Of a stretch of DNA of 64,000 nt, positions 29,694 through 44,032 are shown piece by piece (positions within the stretch are counted from its first letter, which is position 1; every line of letters begins with the position of its first letter). A program made the position numbers and the translations under genes. The stretch is taken from assembly GCF_006345805.1 (NCBI RefSeq), contig NC_042999.1, forward strand, positions 103,788,001 to 103,852,000, written 5' to 3'. The notes beneath the pieces were generated by a model. That model was not told the DNA's origin and searched no databases. It saw only the letters and a list, made by a program, of their open reading frames with translations. Source of the stretch: Octopus sinensis. Lineage: Eukaryota.

Positions 29694-29777
29694 GATCTTA
29701 CCAATCGGTTTCGCACTATGGTTTCAATGGGATGTTAGATAACAGCCTGATTATATAATCCTTCGCTCTTCAGAGTC
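29694..29777 (-). ncRNA. Type I hammerhead ribozyme-like motif with intact catalytic core
   Basis: GACT-CTGAAGA-GC[50 nt]GC-GAAA-CC-GATT-GG-TA-AGATC; canonical CUGANGA, GAAA and GUA triplet; helix I is weak. Confidence 0.6.
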
Positions 29778-30261
29778 GGCAGTTATAGAAGAAAATATGG
29801 CAACTGTGTGTTCTTTTGTGTGTGTTTGGTTAAATATTTTGGGGTGTTAGTGTATGTATGGAGTGTATGTAAGAGTACTATATGTGTGTGGAAGTTTATA
29901 TAGGGGATGGAAGAAGGGTATTGAGAGGATGTACGCTAATGTTAAGGTGCTTATGTATCTGTGAGTACGTTTCAGTATGTTTTGGTTAAACTCTTTGCTG
30001 GGTTCCTAGGTATTGGTGGTTCCTGGGTATTGGTGGTTCCTAGGTATTCGTTGTGGCATTCGATCTCTCTGCGACGTTGAGGGAGAACTTGTGGTTGTTG
30101 TATCTGGGTCAACCTAGTTTCAAATCCATTCATTCGAAACTTATTTGATAAGAGCCAATGCACAAAACTTTCCGCTCTTGAGTCAATCTGTAACTTCCGT
30201 GGATTATTAATAAAAAGAAATATCTATGTGTGTGAGTGTGTGTGTGCGTGTGTGTGTGTGG

Positions 30262-30410
30262 CAGTGTGGCAGTGTGGTAAGAGGTTTGTTTCCCAACCAC
30301 ATGGTTCTGGGTTCAATTCCATTGTATGGCACCTTGAGCAGGTGTCTTCTACTATAGCCTCGGATCGACCAAAGTCTTCCGAATGTATTTGGTAGACGGA
30401 AGCTAAAAGA
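30262..30410 (+). mobile_element. SINE family A head
   Basis: GTGTGGTAAG...GGTTCAATTCC...CACCTTGAGCAGGTGTCTTCTAC. Confidence 0.8.
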
Positions 30411-30755
30411 TAACACACACACACAAGCACACACACACATGCACACACACACATGCGCACACACACACACACATGCACACTCATATATAAGCAGGCTTTG
30501 TTTGTATGTGTGTATTTGTGGGTTTAGGAAGTAGAGGCATCTAACACTCTTAAACCTCAGTTGGGAAGGAAGGCAGGCTAGAAGTTTTTAAAGCTCACTT
30601 CATCCCGTTCCACTGAAAAGTAAGGGAACCACAACCCTCTGCATAACCCGTTATTTCCATCACTCATACACACATACACACGCATACAAATGTTTGTGCA
30701 TTCAAATACGTTTGTATGTATGTAAATGTGTATCCATGTTTGTGTATCCATGTTT

Positions 30756-30885
30756 GAGGTCGATTTTGCTTTTCATCCTTTCGGAGTCGATAAATTAAGT
30801 ACCAGTGAAACACTGGGGGTCGATGTAATCAACTAGTTCCCCACACTCCAAATTCCAGACCTTGTACCTTTAGTAGAAGGGATTC
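30756..30885 (+). mobile_element. SINE family B fragment (Deu/Nin-like core)
   Basis: GCTTTTCATCCTTTCGGAGTCGATAAATTAAGTACCAG. Confidence 0.8.
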
Positions 30886-31008
30886 TTTATATATATATAT
30901 GTGCGTGTGCGTTATTTATATATGCATATTACATATATAAAAATATATATATATATACACATTATAATTTTATCATAGTATATTCTTTGTTTATAATTTT
31001 ATACATAT

Positions 31009-31055
<47 letters not shown>

Positions 31056-31589
31056 ATATATATAATATATATATATATATACCTTCTTTGCATAATTATA
31101 ATGCATTTACAAAGACATATCACTCACGCTCATACACGTGCATCAATGAATGTATATGTATGCCTATGTTTGTATGCACAAGCTTTCATTCAATATATTT
31201 TATTTTCTAATTAATAAGCTGTTATCTTATTTTTTATTTACCTATATTTACTCAAAGGATTTACATGTTTTTTTTTTTACATTTCTTGTTATTTTTTTCC
31301 GTTTATAAAGAAGTTCTCTACTTTTTTATATACTTTCCAGATTAACTACATCATGTTTTTTTTTTGTATTTTGTAATTTATTTTTATCCAAACATTTTAA
31401 TTTTTTTTTCTTACTTTTGTTTATATGTCTCCAGTCGTACAGTTACCATTTGACAGAGAGAAAACAGTCACACATGAATACAAATATGCATATAAAAACA
31501 TGCGTGCATATAACATATGTATGCATGTATGTGTGTGTACACTTATTTGTATATATAACATAACTATATATGTATGTATGTATAATATA

Positions 31590-31716
<127 letters not shown>

Positions 31717-32665
31717 TTCGTATAAACACAAAAATAAATACTCATATACGAGTATATATACATGTATGAAGAAATGTGCGTGCACACACACACACTCACA
31801 AACGCATATATTCATCCAAAACATATATATATGTATGTGTGTTGTGTCTGTTTCTTTACACACACACACACACACACATAAACATACATATACATACATG
31901 CACAGACGCATACACACACACATATATATATACATTGATATGTATATAAACGTGCACATGCATATACATTGATATGTATATAAACGTGCACACACATACA
32001 CATATAAACGTGTCTCTGTGCGTGTGTGTGTGTGTGTATGTATTTGTATGTATGTGTCCATGTATATCTGTATATACGCATGATTGTTTGCATATTGGAG
32101 AAAGAAAAAACAAATTCAGAAAGCAACAAACAGAGACAGAACAGACAGTGTCTATTCAAATGATGGGAACTGTGCGCATATATACACGTCGGGAGTGAAC
32201 GGTTATGCAAGACATATATTTGTGCAGCTATGTCTACACACAACATATGCAGGTCTGCTCATATATGAATACACAAAACAATGGTAAATATTATTTTTAA
32301 GTCCTGTTTTAATCCCATTTACCACTGAGTGAAGCTTCTCCTGGCTTTTAGTTTTTATTTGCTTCTTTTTTTTTTTTACTTCTCCATTGCGATTCTAAAT
32401 AATCTCTAAATTTTCTTTCCATCGCCATACAAATCTTCGATACGATGCAATATATAGCAATTACATTTATTTTCTTGGTGCGTGAGTAAATGTAATATAT
32501 AATATATGTATATATATATTTACATATATATATATATGTATGTATGTATGTTATATATTATATATATATATATATTTATATTTAATATATATATATATAT
32601 ACATATATACAAAAGCACATGTACATATGTGTGTGTGTAACATATATACATATGTATATATGTAT

Positions 32666-32714
<49 letters not shown>

Positions 32715-34109
32715 TCATACGTAGATACATATATTTATATACATACACATAGACTATACACATTTATAGGTATATATATAAAAATGTGTGTGTTTGAGCA
32801 CACACAGACACACAGACGCGTGCACACGCACTCAAACACACAAACATACACATAATATTTGTTTTTATGTCGAGCTATTGTAAAAACAATTTTTACATTA
32901 AATTGAAGAATTACTCAATGCGTTTTTGTAGAGTACTTGCTATTCCTCATATATATGGTTTCACTAGCGTCTTATGTTACTCTTTTTCTCTTTACCCCTC
33001 CTCTCGTTCTCTCTTTGTCTCTCTCATATCTCTCTGTCTTTTCTCTTTTTTTCTTTGTCCCTCTCTTTTTGGTTTTGATAGAGGTGTGGCATCGTGCGGA
33101 GTTCCTTGGTGTGAAGCTTTATATGACCTGCGACATTTGATCATTTGCATAACGGGGAAAAGTCTATATATTGGAGCTTCAACATAGATTATTGTATTTA
33201 TGGCGGGATACTGATGAGATGAATTTGCATGATTGCATAGTATCTCTACTTGTTATGCAATTATTTCGGCATTTTGCTGAAACGCGAGTATGTCCTAAAA
33301 AGCTCCGACTATCACTTCTGGTTTTTGCTTATTTCTTCATATATATGTCTTTCACCTTTTATCTTCTATCTTTTACTTGTTTCATTCATTAGACTGCAGC
33401 CATGCTGGGACACCGTTTTGAAGAATTTTTGTCGAATGAAACGAGACCCCCACCCCGCCAGTACTTATGTTTCTGTAAAGTCTGGTACTTACACTATCGG
33501 TCTTTTTTGACAAGATTTCTTTCCAGTGGGGTACTAGGCAAAATTTTGTTTCAATTTAGACGTGGAATTCACAGAGACGAGCATAAGAAATTACTCTATT
33601 AAATGCATACTACACCATCACCAAAACCCTAACATTCTCTCCAACGCCTCCGGCTAAAAGTTCAGTAAAAGAACAGCAGCCAAATCACAACCCAACCTCT
33701 TAAAAGAAAAGAAAAGAAAATTCGTTTAATAATGCGGTTCTGGATTCCTTGCACATCGATAAAAATACGGTATAGTCACGAGTGAAATTACTTTGATCAT
33801 ACATATATCTAATGAAGATTGACCTGGGACTAAACATTAATGACAAACGCGTACACACATATAAAATAGACATAGTTACACACACCACTCTGTTTACACT
33901 AGTATTTTTTCCCTTAGTGTCTTTTAGTGTCTACAGGGAAGAGGTAAAGAGATTAATGAAGTCGCGATGTCAATGCTCATTTCTTGAACCCCTTCAACGT
34001 TACAGCATCTGATTGTGAAAGAGATTTGAACTGGTTAATTTTGTTTTTCTTAAGGGTCGCCAGGGATGAACGCTAGCTCTTTCTAGTAGCTTATAAAGTA
34101 ATGAGTCTT

Positions 34110-34335
34110 AGTAAAAACGAAACTAAGCTGTCAGAATACGTTAATACACCAGACAAAATGCTTAACAACATTTCTTTTGACTTTAAGTTCTGAGTTCAAA
34201 TGCCACCGGGGTTCACTTTGCCATTCATCCTTTGAGGACCGATAAATAAGTATCAACCAAGCACTGGGGTTGATGTAATCAACTTGCTCCTTCCCTTAAA
34301 ATTACTGGCTTTGTGCCAAAATTTGAAACCAATAA
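34110..34335 (+). mobile_element. SINE family B, diverged
   Basis: GTTCTGAGTTCAAATGCCACC...CATTCATCCTTTGAGG...GTGCCAAAATTTGAAACCAATA. Confidence 0.7.
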
Positions 34336-34739
34336 AACGAGTCGGTTCAATTCTTATTTCAAGTTACTGCACTCTCTATAGTTTAAGCATGGCATTTCTT
34401 TTCAGAGAGATGCTAGATATATGTTTATTAAATATAATGTTAATTTTGAGATTATTATTTCAAATGAATTTTAGGAATAACCGCAGGACATTTACTGATT
34501 AGGGAAACTCAGTGCTAAAATTTTCAAATTAATATTCACTAAATACCGCCTCACCGTGTATGTTTAACATCTAAATATGATTTTCGACACATATTTATAT
34601 ATCTATGTGTACGTATATGACTATATAAGCAACTGCATATGCGTGTTTCACTGTCTGTGTGTGTGTATGAGTATGTATGTGTGTATATGTTTGTGCGTGC
34701 GTGTGTGTGTGTGTGTGTGGTGTGTGTGTGTGTGTGTGT

Positions 34740-34785
<46 letters not shown>

Positions 34786-35084
34786 TTTATATATACATAT
34801 CTACTATTTAATACCTAAAACTTATTCGTTCGATTGTCTCGAAGGTTTCATGATTTTCAAGAACAAAATTTCTCACGTAGCTTCAATCTATGAATTTATT
34901 TATTTATTTATTTATTTATTACCTTTTTCATTCTATCACAATTTTTTTAACAGCTTCGTTCACCTTCTCTATCTCTATTTCGAAAGTCTGTCTGAAGTAT
35001 CTTTTACAAAATTAACTCCCCTGTCGTTTCCGCTCTTCAATAGCTGAAACGTTTAGTTCACCCAATTTCAACAATTACCTTACT

Positions 35085-35370
35085 TAAAACCGATTTTTCG
35101 CTTTTATTTATTTATTTATTTATTTATTTGTGTTGCTAATTATTCACTCTACTCTTTCTATTTCTTCTTTCCTCTTCTAATTCAGATACACACATATGCA
35201 TGCGCGCTCATACACATATATATATATGCATGCATATATATATATGTGTATGAGCGCGCATGCATATGTGTGTATCTGAATTAGAAGAGGAAAGAAGAAA
35301 TAGAAAGAGTAGAGTGAATAATTAGCAACACAAATAAATAAATAAATAAATAAATAAAAGCGAAAAATCG

Positions 35371-35376
<6 letters not shown>
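35085..35376. repeat. Perfect 292-bp palindrome with no spacer
   Basis: Checked by eye in 10-mers; no mismatch between arms, centre between 35230 and 35231 (TATATGCA|TGCATATA). Confidence 0.97.
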
Positions 35377-35441
<65 letters not shown>

Positions 35442-35471
35442 TATATATAATATATATATATATATATGCAT

Positions 35472-35505
<34 letters not shown>

Positions 35506-37444
35506 ATATGACTCTGTGTGTGTGTGTGATTGTGTGTGCAAAATAGATACATATGTACTCCATGGGGCATATCTAATTCGCATAAACGACGTAGTTTTCA
35601 CTAAGTGTGCTCCATAACTGATTAAGAATATACACGCGCGCGCGCACACACACACACACATACACACAAAAGTATGTGTGTATATGTGTGCGCGCGAGCG
35701 CGTATGTGTGTGTGTGTTGAGAGAAAGAGATAAAGAACGAGAAAGAGATTTAAGAAGACATGATGCAACACATGCGCAAATTATTTTTTATTTTAATTTT
35801 TAATCTTTTTTATTCTAATTTTTATTTTTTTATTCGTTCTCTTTCTCTTTCTGTCTTTCATTTTGCTTTCCTTCTGTATTTCAGAAAAGCTTCCATTTCT
35901 TTTTTTTTTTCTTTCTTCTTTCTTCTTCCTCCTATATTATATCACTCTTTCTGACATTAACTCGTTTTCTTCCTTTTTATAGTTTCATTTACTTAATAAT
36001 ACTGTCCTCTTCTGTTCATTCATTCTTTCTTAACTCTCTTCGATATATTTGATAAAGCAAATTCCAACGAAAGGATATAAAAAAAGGAGGAGAAACAACT
36101 GAATTGATTCCATATGAATGTATAAGAGTGTGTAATAGTAATATGTTAATAACTTTTGCGTCGGCATAAACTATATGAGAGAAATTGTTTACCGTACTTT
36201 CCGACATACAAATTGAAATTTTCAGACCAAACTTTGTAGCAAAAAAACGAAGGTCGACTGAAAATGTCTACTTAATTAGTGCTAATAATTTAGGGCTAAA
36301 TAACAGCAACCATAAAAACATCGACAACAATCTATTCATTGGAGACACTAAACTCTCCAGTTTCAAGAGCTTTAGTGTCTCGTCAGGTACAGTATACTCT
36401 CATTCTTGACTTTACTCTTTCCCACAAAATAGACGCTCCCGCTCCCACTGAAACTGACTGAACTGTAGTATTTTTCTGTAATAATTGTCGTTAAGTGCTG
36501 TATTTTTCTGGCATTCAAGTCGAATTTTTAAGATCAAAATTTGTAGCCAAAACAGAGGGGTCGAGACGACCTTGGAAACTAAAAGTTCCATGATAAATGC
36601 AGCATGATTTGGAAAGAAAGCGACGATGTTGGAATGTTTACACTGCATGTTTATGCTATATAGTATGTTTCCTGTACCATGTCAATTTTGTTCATTCTTA
36701 TACAGATACATACATATATAGATGCATGCATACATATAAACATAACACGCATACGTACATAAATACATACATACATGCATGCATGCATATATCATTCATA
36801 CATACAGACAGACAGACAGACGTAGGAGTGGCTGTGTGGTAAGTAGCTTGCTTACTGCGCATGAGCGAGACAAAGTTGTGTTTGACACCGAAGCGGTAAG
36901 ACGTGCTTTTGAAGACTTTTGAAACTCAGCTGTAAGGTAACACTTTCTTCTGTCTAGTGAGGGTCTGTTGTATGTCGCAATTATTTTTACAAGTAAGAAG
37001 TCCTCACTAGACGCTAGTCTGCCTGAGGCTGAGTGAAAATATTTTTCACTTAATTGTGAAAATTATTGGTTTATATATATGGACCATGTGGGGTATAAGG
37101 ATAGAGTATTTCCAATGAAGCACTCAAATCGAGTTTTGGGCAGCCAACACTGTTGGATTCCAAACAAATACCGAAATTCTTCAGTTGTAGAAAAATCCTG
37201 GCTTCACGCCAGTCAAACCTTTGTATGGGTATAGCGAACAGTAAAATATAATCCAAATAACAGTGCCACTCTAATGTCTAAAACCGCAAATACTACGTAA
37301 ATTTTCGCTTGGAATTTTTGCGTAAACTGGCGTTGAAAGCAGAGTTAGTACAGAAACAATTGTAACTGATCATTAAAAATGTGTTAAAGTAATACCTTGT
37401 CTTATTATTTGGAGTATGTATATATACACATACATACATAGTAT

Positions 37445-37770
<326 letters not shown>

Positions 37771-38869
37771 GGGTGAAAGAAAATGCGATGAACGACATTG
37801 CAAATAAAATACAATATTCAGACATATGGGTAAAATAAAACCTCCCCACTTATATACATTTATATATCCACACATCCACACATATGTACATATAACATGC
37901 ATTCTTACTATTTTTACTATATATCTTAATATTAATATAGGCTAGGTCTAACGCATATACAAGTTAGTGTATATAGTTTGATATATACGTATATATATAT
38001 GTGTGTGGTGTGTGTGTGTGTGCGTGTGTATATATACACACATACTTCTTACATTTAACTGTTTTTAAAGACAGAGATAAATGGATACAGTATAAAGATT
38101 TTTTTTTACTTTATCATATTGTATTACCTATTTCTGTTTTTTTAAAGACGTGTACACATGTGCATATATAAATAGATATATACATGTATTTTTTGTTCTT
38201 TATTTTACTTTCTTTTATTTCTGTTTTTTAAAAATGCTAAGTATGTATATAAGAAGTGTTTACGTATGCATATATAAATAATATATAGTATGTATATATA
38301 TTTCGTTGTGTCTTGCAAACGAGATACAAAAACAATGTGTATATATATTTAATTTTACTTTATTATATCGTATTTTTCCTGGCTCTGTAATAGTAAGAAT
38401 ATATGTAAGAAGTATATATATGCGCATATATAAATAGATACATATGTATATTTAAAACTATACACAACTTTGCATGTGGGTTAGACACTTTTAACTCAGC
38501 ATATATAAACAATGACATAAACTGCAAAAGTGTTAAGACTATATGTAAGAAGTGTATATGCATACCCATATATAAGTAGATATATGTGTGTGTATGAAGG
38601 TGTATACACTATCTTGTAGGTGGGTATATGGAAGAATATGTATGTATAACGGAGCGGAGTATACCTACTAACTTGTTTCTCTAATTGTTTCGACAAAGAA
38701 TATAAAAGCTAGGCGGTAATAAACTTTGAACAGAGACTGATTAGAGTGTAAAACGGAGTTGTTTTGTGACGAATGACAGATGGTAATTAAGCTCCTTCAA
38801 ATAAACAAAGAAACAGTTGATAAGTACAGAAATGGTCGGTCTTCTTCATTTATCACTAATATCTGTAAA

Positions 38870-40287
38870 TGCTTAATTTTATTCTTCATTTTATTTTTCA
38901 TTCTGTTTTGCAAATTCTTCTTTATAATCTGACCATGAAGATAGGATTGTATCCCCTTTTTTTGTTTCGTCTGTTTCTTTATTTCCGTATTTTGTATTTT
39001 GATTATAATTGTATTTTGTCTGTCACTATATCTATGGGTTTAGCTATGTCTATAAACTGCTGAAAATAACACAGTGCTTTGGGTATGCATTTTCACGCTG
39101 AGTGAAATGGAGATTTCGAAGAAGTTGCTCGTAGTTATCTTCTTTCTCTTTGATCTTCAACGAGATATTCATATCACCAGAAAAGCTGACCTCTATGCCG
39201 GTACATACTTTTTCATGTCTGTCCCATACAAGATTATTCAGCCTATTGTGTTTACATTTGACAGATAGGAATGTTCCACAAGTATTCTTTGTGTTGATGC
39301 TTGTGTATGTATTCAATAATAGGGGAATTCTCTATATTTATTCCAGGATAGTTTTTGTATATTGGCATTGTATATTGTTTTTGCGACATCGTGTTGCATA
39401 GAGATGACGTAACACGATAACATTTTTGGGAAGCTGCTAATCACATGCGTTATGTCTTCCACAGAAATATGACGTAATCTATATTTTCGGTTACATCCTT
39501 GAAATCCAGGGGCTTCTCTGTCTCTTTTGTTTGTTAAATATTCAGTAGCAGTCTCCTGTTCATTGATTGTAAATGCATAGCCTTCGAAGTGGGATGTGAT
39601 GTAACGGTAACAAGTCCAAAAGAAGCTCGCTTCATATCGATGTCACTGTCTTCTTCAGGTCTTCAGGAAACATACCCATCTGTGTTTTTTTTTTTTTCTT
39701 TTAAGCTGAGCGTTTCACATCCAGGTCTTCTTTGAAGTATGCTAGTCAAGTTGATTTAGAGTTGTATGGGAAATCTTCAAACGGAGAGTGGTTCCTGGAA
39801 AGCAAGCTTCCGACACATAAGGTATTGTTCTCTTCTCTTTTCAGTACTAAGTTAATGAATTTATTTTTGCTGCTGTCTGAGAGACATTCGAAGGTTGTCT
39901 GCACTGATCTCAAGCCTCTATCTCCTTCATCTCCTCTTAGATAGAGACTGCTGATATCACTGTTTCTACGAAAGATTCCAGTTGACGTCAGTATCCTGCA
40001 AGTTTTAACGTTTATGAAGTGAATTTTTTCTACAGGCCTGTCACGAATCTCAAAGGTTGACATCAACATTGATACTGCAAAAGCATTGTCGTATTGTAAG
40101 AGGATAGTTCTGACTGCTATATTTTTCGAAGTCTGGCCATGATATTCTCGGGCCACTCTATCTTTGTTCCCAGTACCTTCATATATGTTTTCATCAATGC
40201 CTAGGTACCTTTAACATTCTTTGTGTGGGACAGGAGAGATAGTGAGGCCACATTGATGCACAGGTTTTAGGTCTGGGTAACTGATTT
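38870..40287 (-). mobile_element. R4/Dong-type LINE fragment B
   Basis: RYLGIDEN...NKDRVAREY, SLYLRGDEGDRGLRSV, ITSHFEGYAF, EDITHVISS and HNRLNNLVWDR...KIKEKEDNYEQLLRNL; the 5' break abuts (TATG)n. Confidence 0.8.
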
Positions 40288-40546
40288 GTTTGTATGTATG
40301 TATGTATGTATGTATGTATGTATGTATGTATGTATGTATGTATGTATGAATGTATGTATGTATGTGTGTATGTATATGTGTAAGTATATGTAGGTGTGTG
40401 TATGTATGTATATGTATGTATATATGTTTGTATGAATGTATTTTGTATGCGTATGTACTTATGTATGTGTATATATATATATGTATTTATGTATGTATGT
40501 ACGTGTACGTGTATATGTATGTATTTATGTATGTATGTACGTACGT

Positions 40547-41530
40547 CATTATTCACTTTATTTCAAGATTTCTTGCCATTAGAGAAAAGGCCAGTTTCTA
40601 ACCTTGATCAAGTCTCTTTCATTGGAATTTCAGCAACATCAACAGGGTACCTTTGTTTGTATGTATGTATGTATGTATGTATGTATGTATGTATGTATGT
40701 ATGTATGTATGTATGTATGTATGTATGTATGTATGTATGTATGTATGTATGTATGTATGTATGTATGTATGTATGTATGTATGTATGTATGTATGTATGT
40801 ATGTATGCTTTGTTTTATGTATGTATTCTCATGCATATACTTGCATGTCTAGACATGCTCATATATATTTTACTGATAAACTTCTGGAAAGTTTTATAGA
40901 TGTTTGCAGTTCCAGTGATGGCTTGGATCTGTAGTCTTCGAATCAGCTTTCTCCTTTCTGATTTTGAGAAGCCTAATTTCTCAAAATTAGTATTTAGACA
41001 ATGTGTTACATATCCCAGTGCCCCAATAATTACAGGTACACAGTTTCTTTTCTCTATCCCAAATCATTATATCAGGTCTGTTGTGTTTACATTTTATTGA
41101 GGTTTTCACAATGACATTCTACCAGTACTCTTTTTATTATGATTAGCTATGGCTTCTACCATACTGTGGGTTCTTATTTCTATGTCCTCGGGGTTATCCT
41201 TCCGATGGATTTCATTATATAGTGTTCTAGCTACAGCATTATGTCTCATCAGTAGATAATACCGTGATGACATTTTCGGACAGCTGCTTATGACATGGGT
41301 GACATCTCCAGTGTTAACTCCACAAAGTCTGCACCGGTTGACACATTTTACTGTTTTTCCTGCATCACTTCTATCTCCTTCTTCCCTTTTAGTTGATAAG
41401 GCGTATAGTGATTTATTTGTTTGCACGCAATGGCTGATGGTCTTCTTTAAATCAGCTATCTTTTTCTGTCTTCAAAACCCATGATGGAACTTTGTTGATT
41501 TGGTTTTGTTCACTTTTTGAATGTCGTTCA
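40547..41530 (-). mobile_element. R4/Dong-type LINE fragment C (3' end)
   Basis: CRLCGVNTGDVTHVISSCPKMSSRYYLLMRHNAV zinc knuckle and PVIIGALGYVTHCL; 3' UTR contains (TATG)n at 40652-40807. Confidence 0.85.
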
Positions 41531-42539
41531 TGTACTGCTTTGCAGTAGTAAACAGGGCTATAAACAGGCATTAATCTGACAGAATGAGGGCTCATTACAC
41601 TACTGTAAATACCCCTCTCTCATTTCGTTAGCAGCTTTTAATGCCGCATCGGGTGTTTTTACTGACTTTGGTAGAGACTACGGATTTTTTTCTGTTTGAA
41701 TATATTAATATTAATCTCTTCAATTCCTGCTCGAATTGATTTCATATTCGACGTAATGATATGGTCTTATATGCTAATCACTGCTTTGAAATTCATTTTC
41801 GTAATAAATAAATAACTAAAGAGTTATTACCTTTTAAAGTTTGAAAATTGTAGGTAAGTTTAGCCAATCGTAAGTCACATACACATTCTTGCCTGTTTGC
41901 ATAGTAACAAGTCAACAAGTCAAACATGAGAACTCTTTTGTCTATGACAGCAAGGAATATATTCTACGCACATGTGTTCACAAATATATTCTACGCGAAA
42001 CCAAGTGTTTGACACTGTATTCTGTTGTTTGTGTCCTTCTTTTTTTTTTTGGCATAATCGTATGAATTTCCGTGTGTAGAATACAAATTCACAAAACTTT
42101 TCAGAAAACTCCGAAAAATAAAAAAAAAGTTATGAGGGGTTATATGTCGTGCGTAATTCATTTGTTTACAGTTTCATTTAAAAACATTTTCTGAATATTG
42201 ACAACACTTGCTTTTTCAGGATGTTGACAAAATTAATGATTTATAGGTACGTGGTACATCGTTCTGCATAACATAATATACTACAAAATATACAAAAGGT
42301 TTTTATAAGTCAGTATCACGTTCTACTGCCAACACTGAATTTTGCTAAAACGTTTCGTATCAAGACATCAAATGTAAACAAGCAATGAGATCGCAGACAA
42401 AAATGGGTAAATGAGTGCAAGTGCTATATTTCGGGGGTTGTTTCCCTTCCATCAGAACCTATTTAACCTATTCTCACCTCCGAACATATTCTTTATATAG
42501 ATACCGCATACAGCAGTGTTAAGTTATTGGATGTACTTA

Positions 42540-42636
42540 ACCACAACTAAGAGCACGGGCTACTAACCCCAAGATTCCGAGTTCAATTCCAGGCAGTGAC
42601 CTGAATAATAATAATAATAATGATAATGATAATAAT

Positions 42637-42669
<33 letters not shown>

Positions 42670-42835
42670 AATAATAACATCGAAAAATACCTTAGGAATG
42701 AGAACCCAGGTTCGAAATTTCCCCAAGACACCTGATGAAGGCTGGCGGGTATGTCAGCCGAAACATTGTGTTAACAAACAAGATGAGGACAAATATCCGT
42801 CAAATGTAAATAATGTAAATATTGTAAATAATGTA
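42540..42835 (+). mobile_element. Composite repeat: tRNA-like head, (AAT)n(AAC)n, then a Penelope-like hammerhead tail
   Basis: B-box-like GAGTTCAATTCC at 42579-42590; GACAC-CTGATGA-A-GGCTG..CAGCC-GAAAC-ATT-GTGTT at 42727-42772. Confidence 0.55.
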
Positions 42836-43126
42836 CATAGTTCCCCATCTCTTAAATATAGAACTGTATAATACTCCCAAAATATGGCATATACACTCGT
42901 TACTCATTTTCGTCTTCGATTTCATTGTTCGTTTATATCTGACGTCTCGAAACGAAACGTTGTAGTAAAAATCAGTGCTTGCTATAATTTCTATAATACC
43001 TGTAGAAATAACGTTAACAAAATGTAGTCACGCACAAAATGACAGCTTCCAAATCCTGTTTTCTGACTGAGTGGTAATTTATCAAACTTTAACCTGTAGC
43101 GTACAAAGTGTACGCTACAAACCTCT

Positions 43127-43355
43127 TTACTCTTTTACTTGTTTCAGTCATTTGACTGCGGCCATTCTGGAGCACCGCCTTTATAGTCGAGCAAATCGAC
43201 CCCAGAGCTTATTCTTTCTAAGCCTAGTACTTATTTATTCTATCGGTCTCTTTTGCCGAACCGCCAAGTTACGGGGACCTAAACACACCAGCATCGGTTG
43301 TCAAGCGATGCTGGGGAGGGGGTAACAGACACACAACATACACACACACACACAC

Positions 43356-43444
<89 letters not shown>

Positions 43445-43604
43445 CCGAAAAGCTTCTTCCAGTTTCCGTCTACCAAATCCACTCACAAGGTTTTGGTCGG
43501 ACCGAGGTTATAGTAGAAGACACTTTGCCCAAGATGTCATGCAGTGGGACTGAACCCGGAACCATGTAGTTGTTAAGCAAGCTACTTACCACACAGCCAC
43601 TCCT
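43127..43604 (-). mobile_element. SINE family A, full length, with expanded (TA)n linker
   Basis: Matches 1509-1886. Confidence 0.9.
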
Positions 43605-43777
43605 CTATAACTGTTTTTTAAAGAATTTTCTGAGATTCAGCTTGGAAAACTACATTAATGTACCAAATTTTAAAATTTTCAGTAAACTTTGAATTTCCGA
43701 AAATTGGCAGCCAAACTGCTTCGTAGTAAAATGATTTAATTCTGGATACCAATCGTCCCAATTTTATTTCGTGGATG

Positions 43778-44025
43778 CACCTGGCTTAGTGGTTAGGGTA
43801 TCAGCATCATGATCGTAAGATTGTGGTTTCGATTCCTGGACCGGGCGACGCGCTGTGTTCTTGAGCAAAACACTTCATTTCACGGTGCTCCAGTCCACTC
43901 AGCTGGCAAAAATGAGTAACGCTGCGATGGACTGGCGTCCCGTCCAGCTGGGGAACACATACGCCATAGAAACTGGGAAACCGGGCCCATGAGTCTGGCT
44001 AGGCTTTAAAAGGGCGCATTTATTT
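43778..44025 (+). mobile_element. tRNA-derived SINE family C
   Basis: TGGCTTAGTGGTTAG A box, GTTTCGATTCC B box, TTCTTGAGCAAAACAC and GCGATGGACTGGCGTCCCGTCCAG. Confidence 0.8.
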
Positions 44026-44032
44026 GTGGAGA

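Noticed and set aside
36350-36395. Minus-strand CTGACGA...GAAAC resembling another hammerhead
   Set aside because: Helix II closing pair and helices I and III do not form
36190-36570. Possible pogo/Tc2-like fragment with repeated GGTCGA boxes
   Set aside because: No second TIR, TSD or transposase peptide found; too weak to list as a feature
43096-43119. Short 10-bp inverted repeat TGTAGCGTAC/GTACGCTACA
   Set aside because: Too short to interpret in a genome this repetitive
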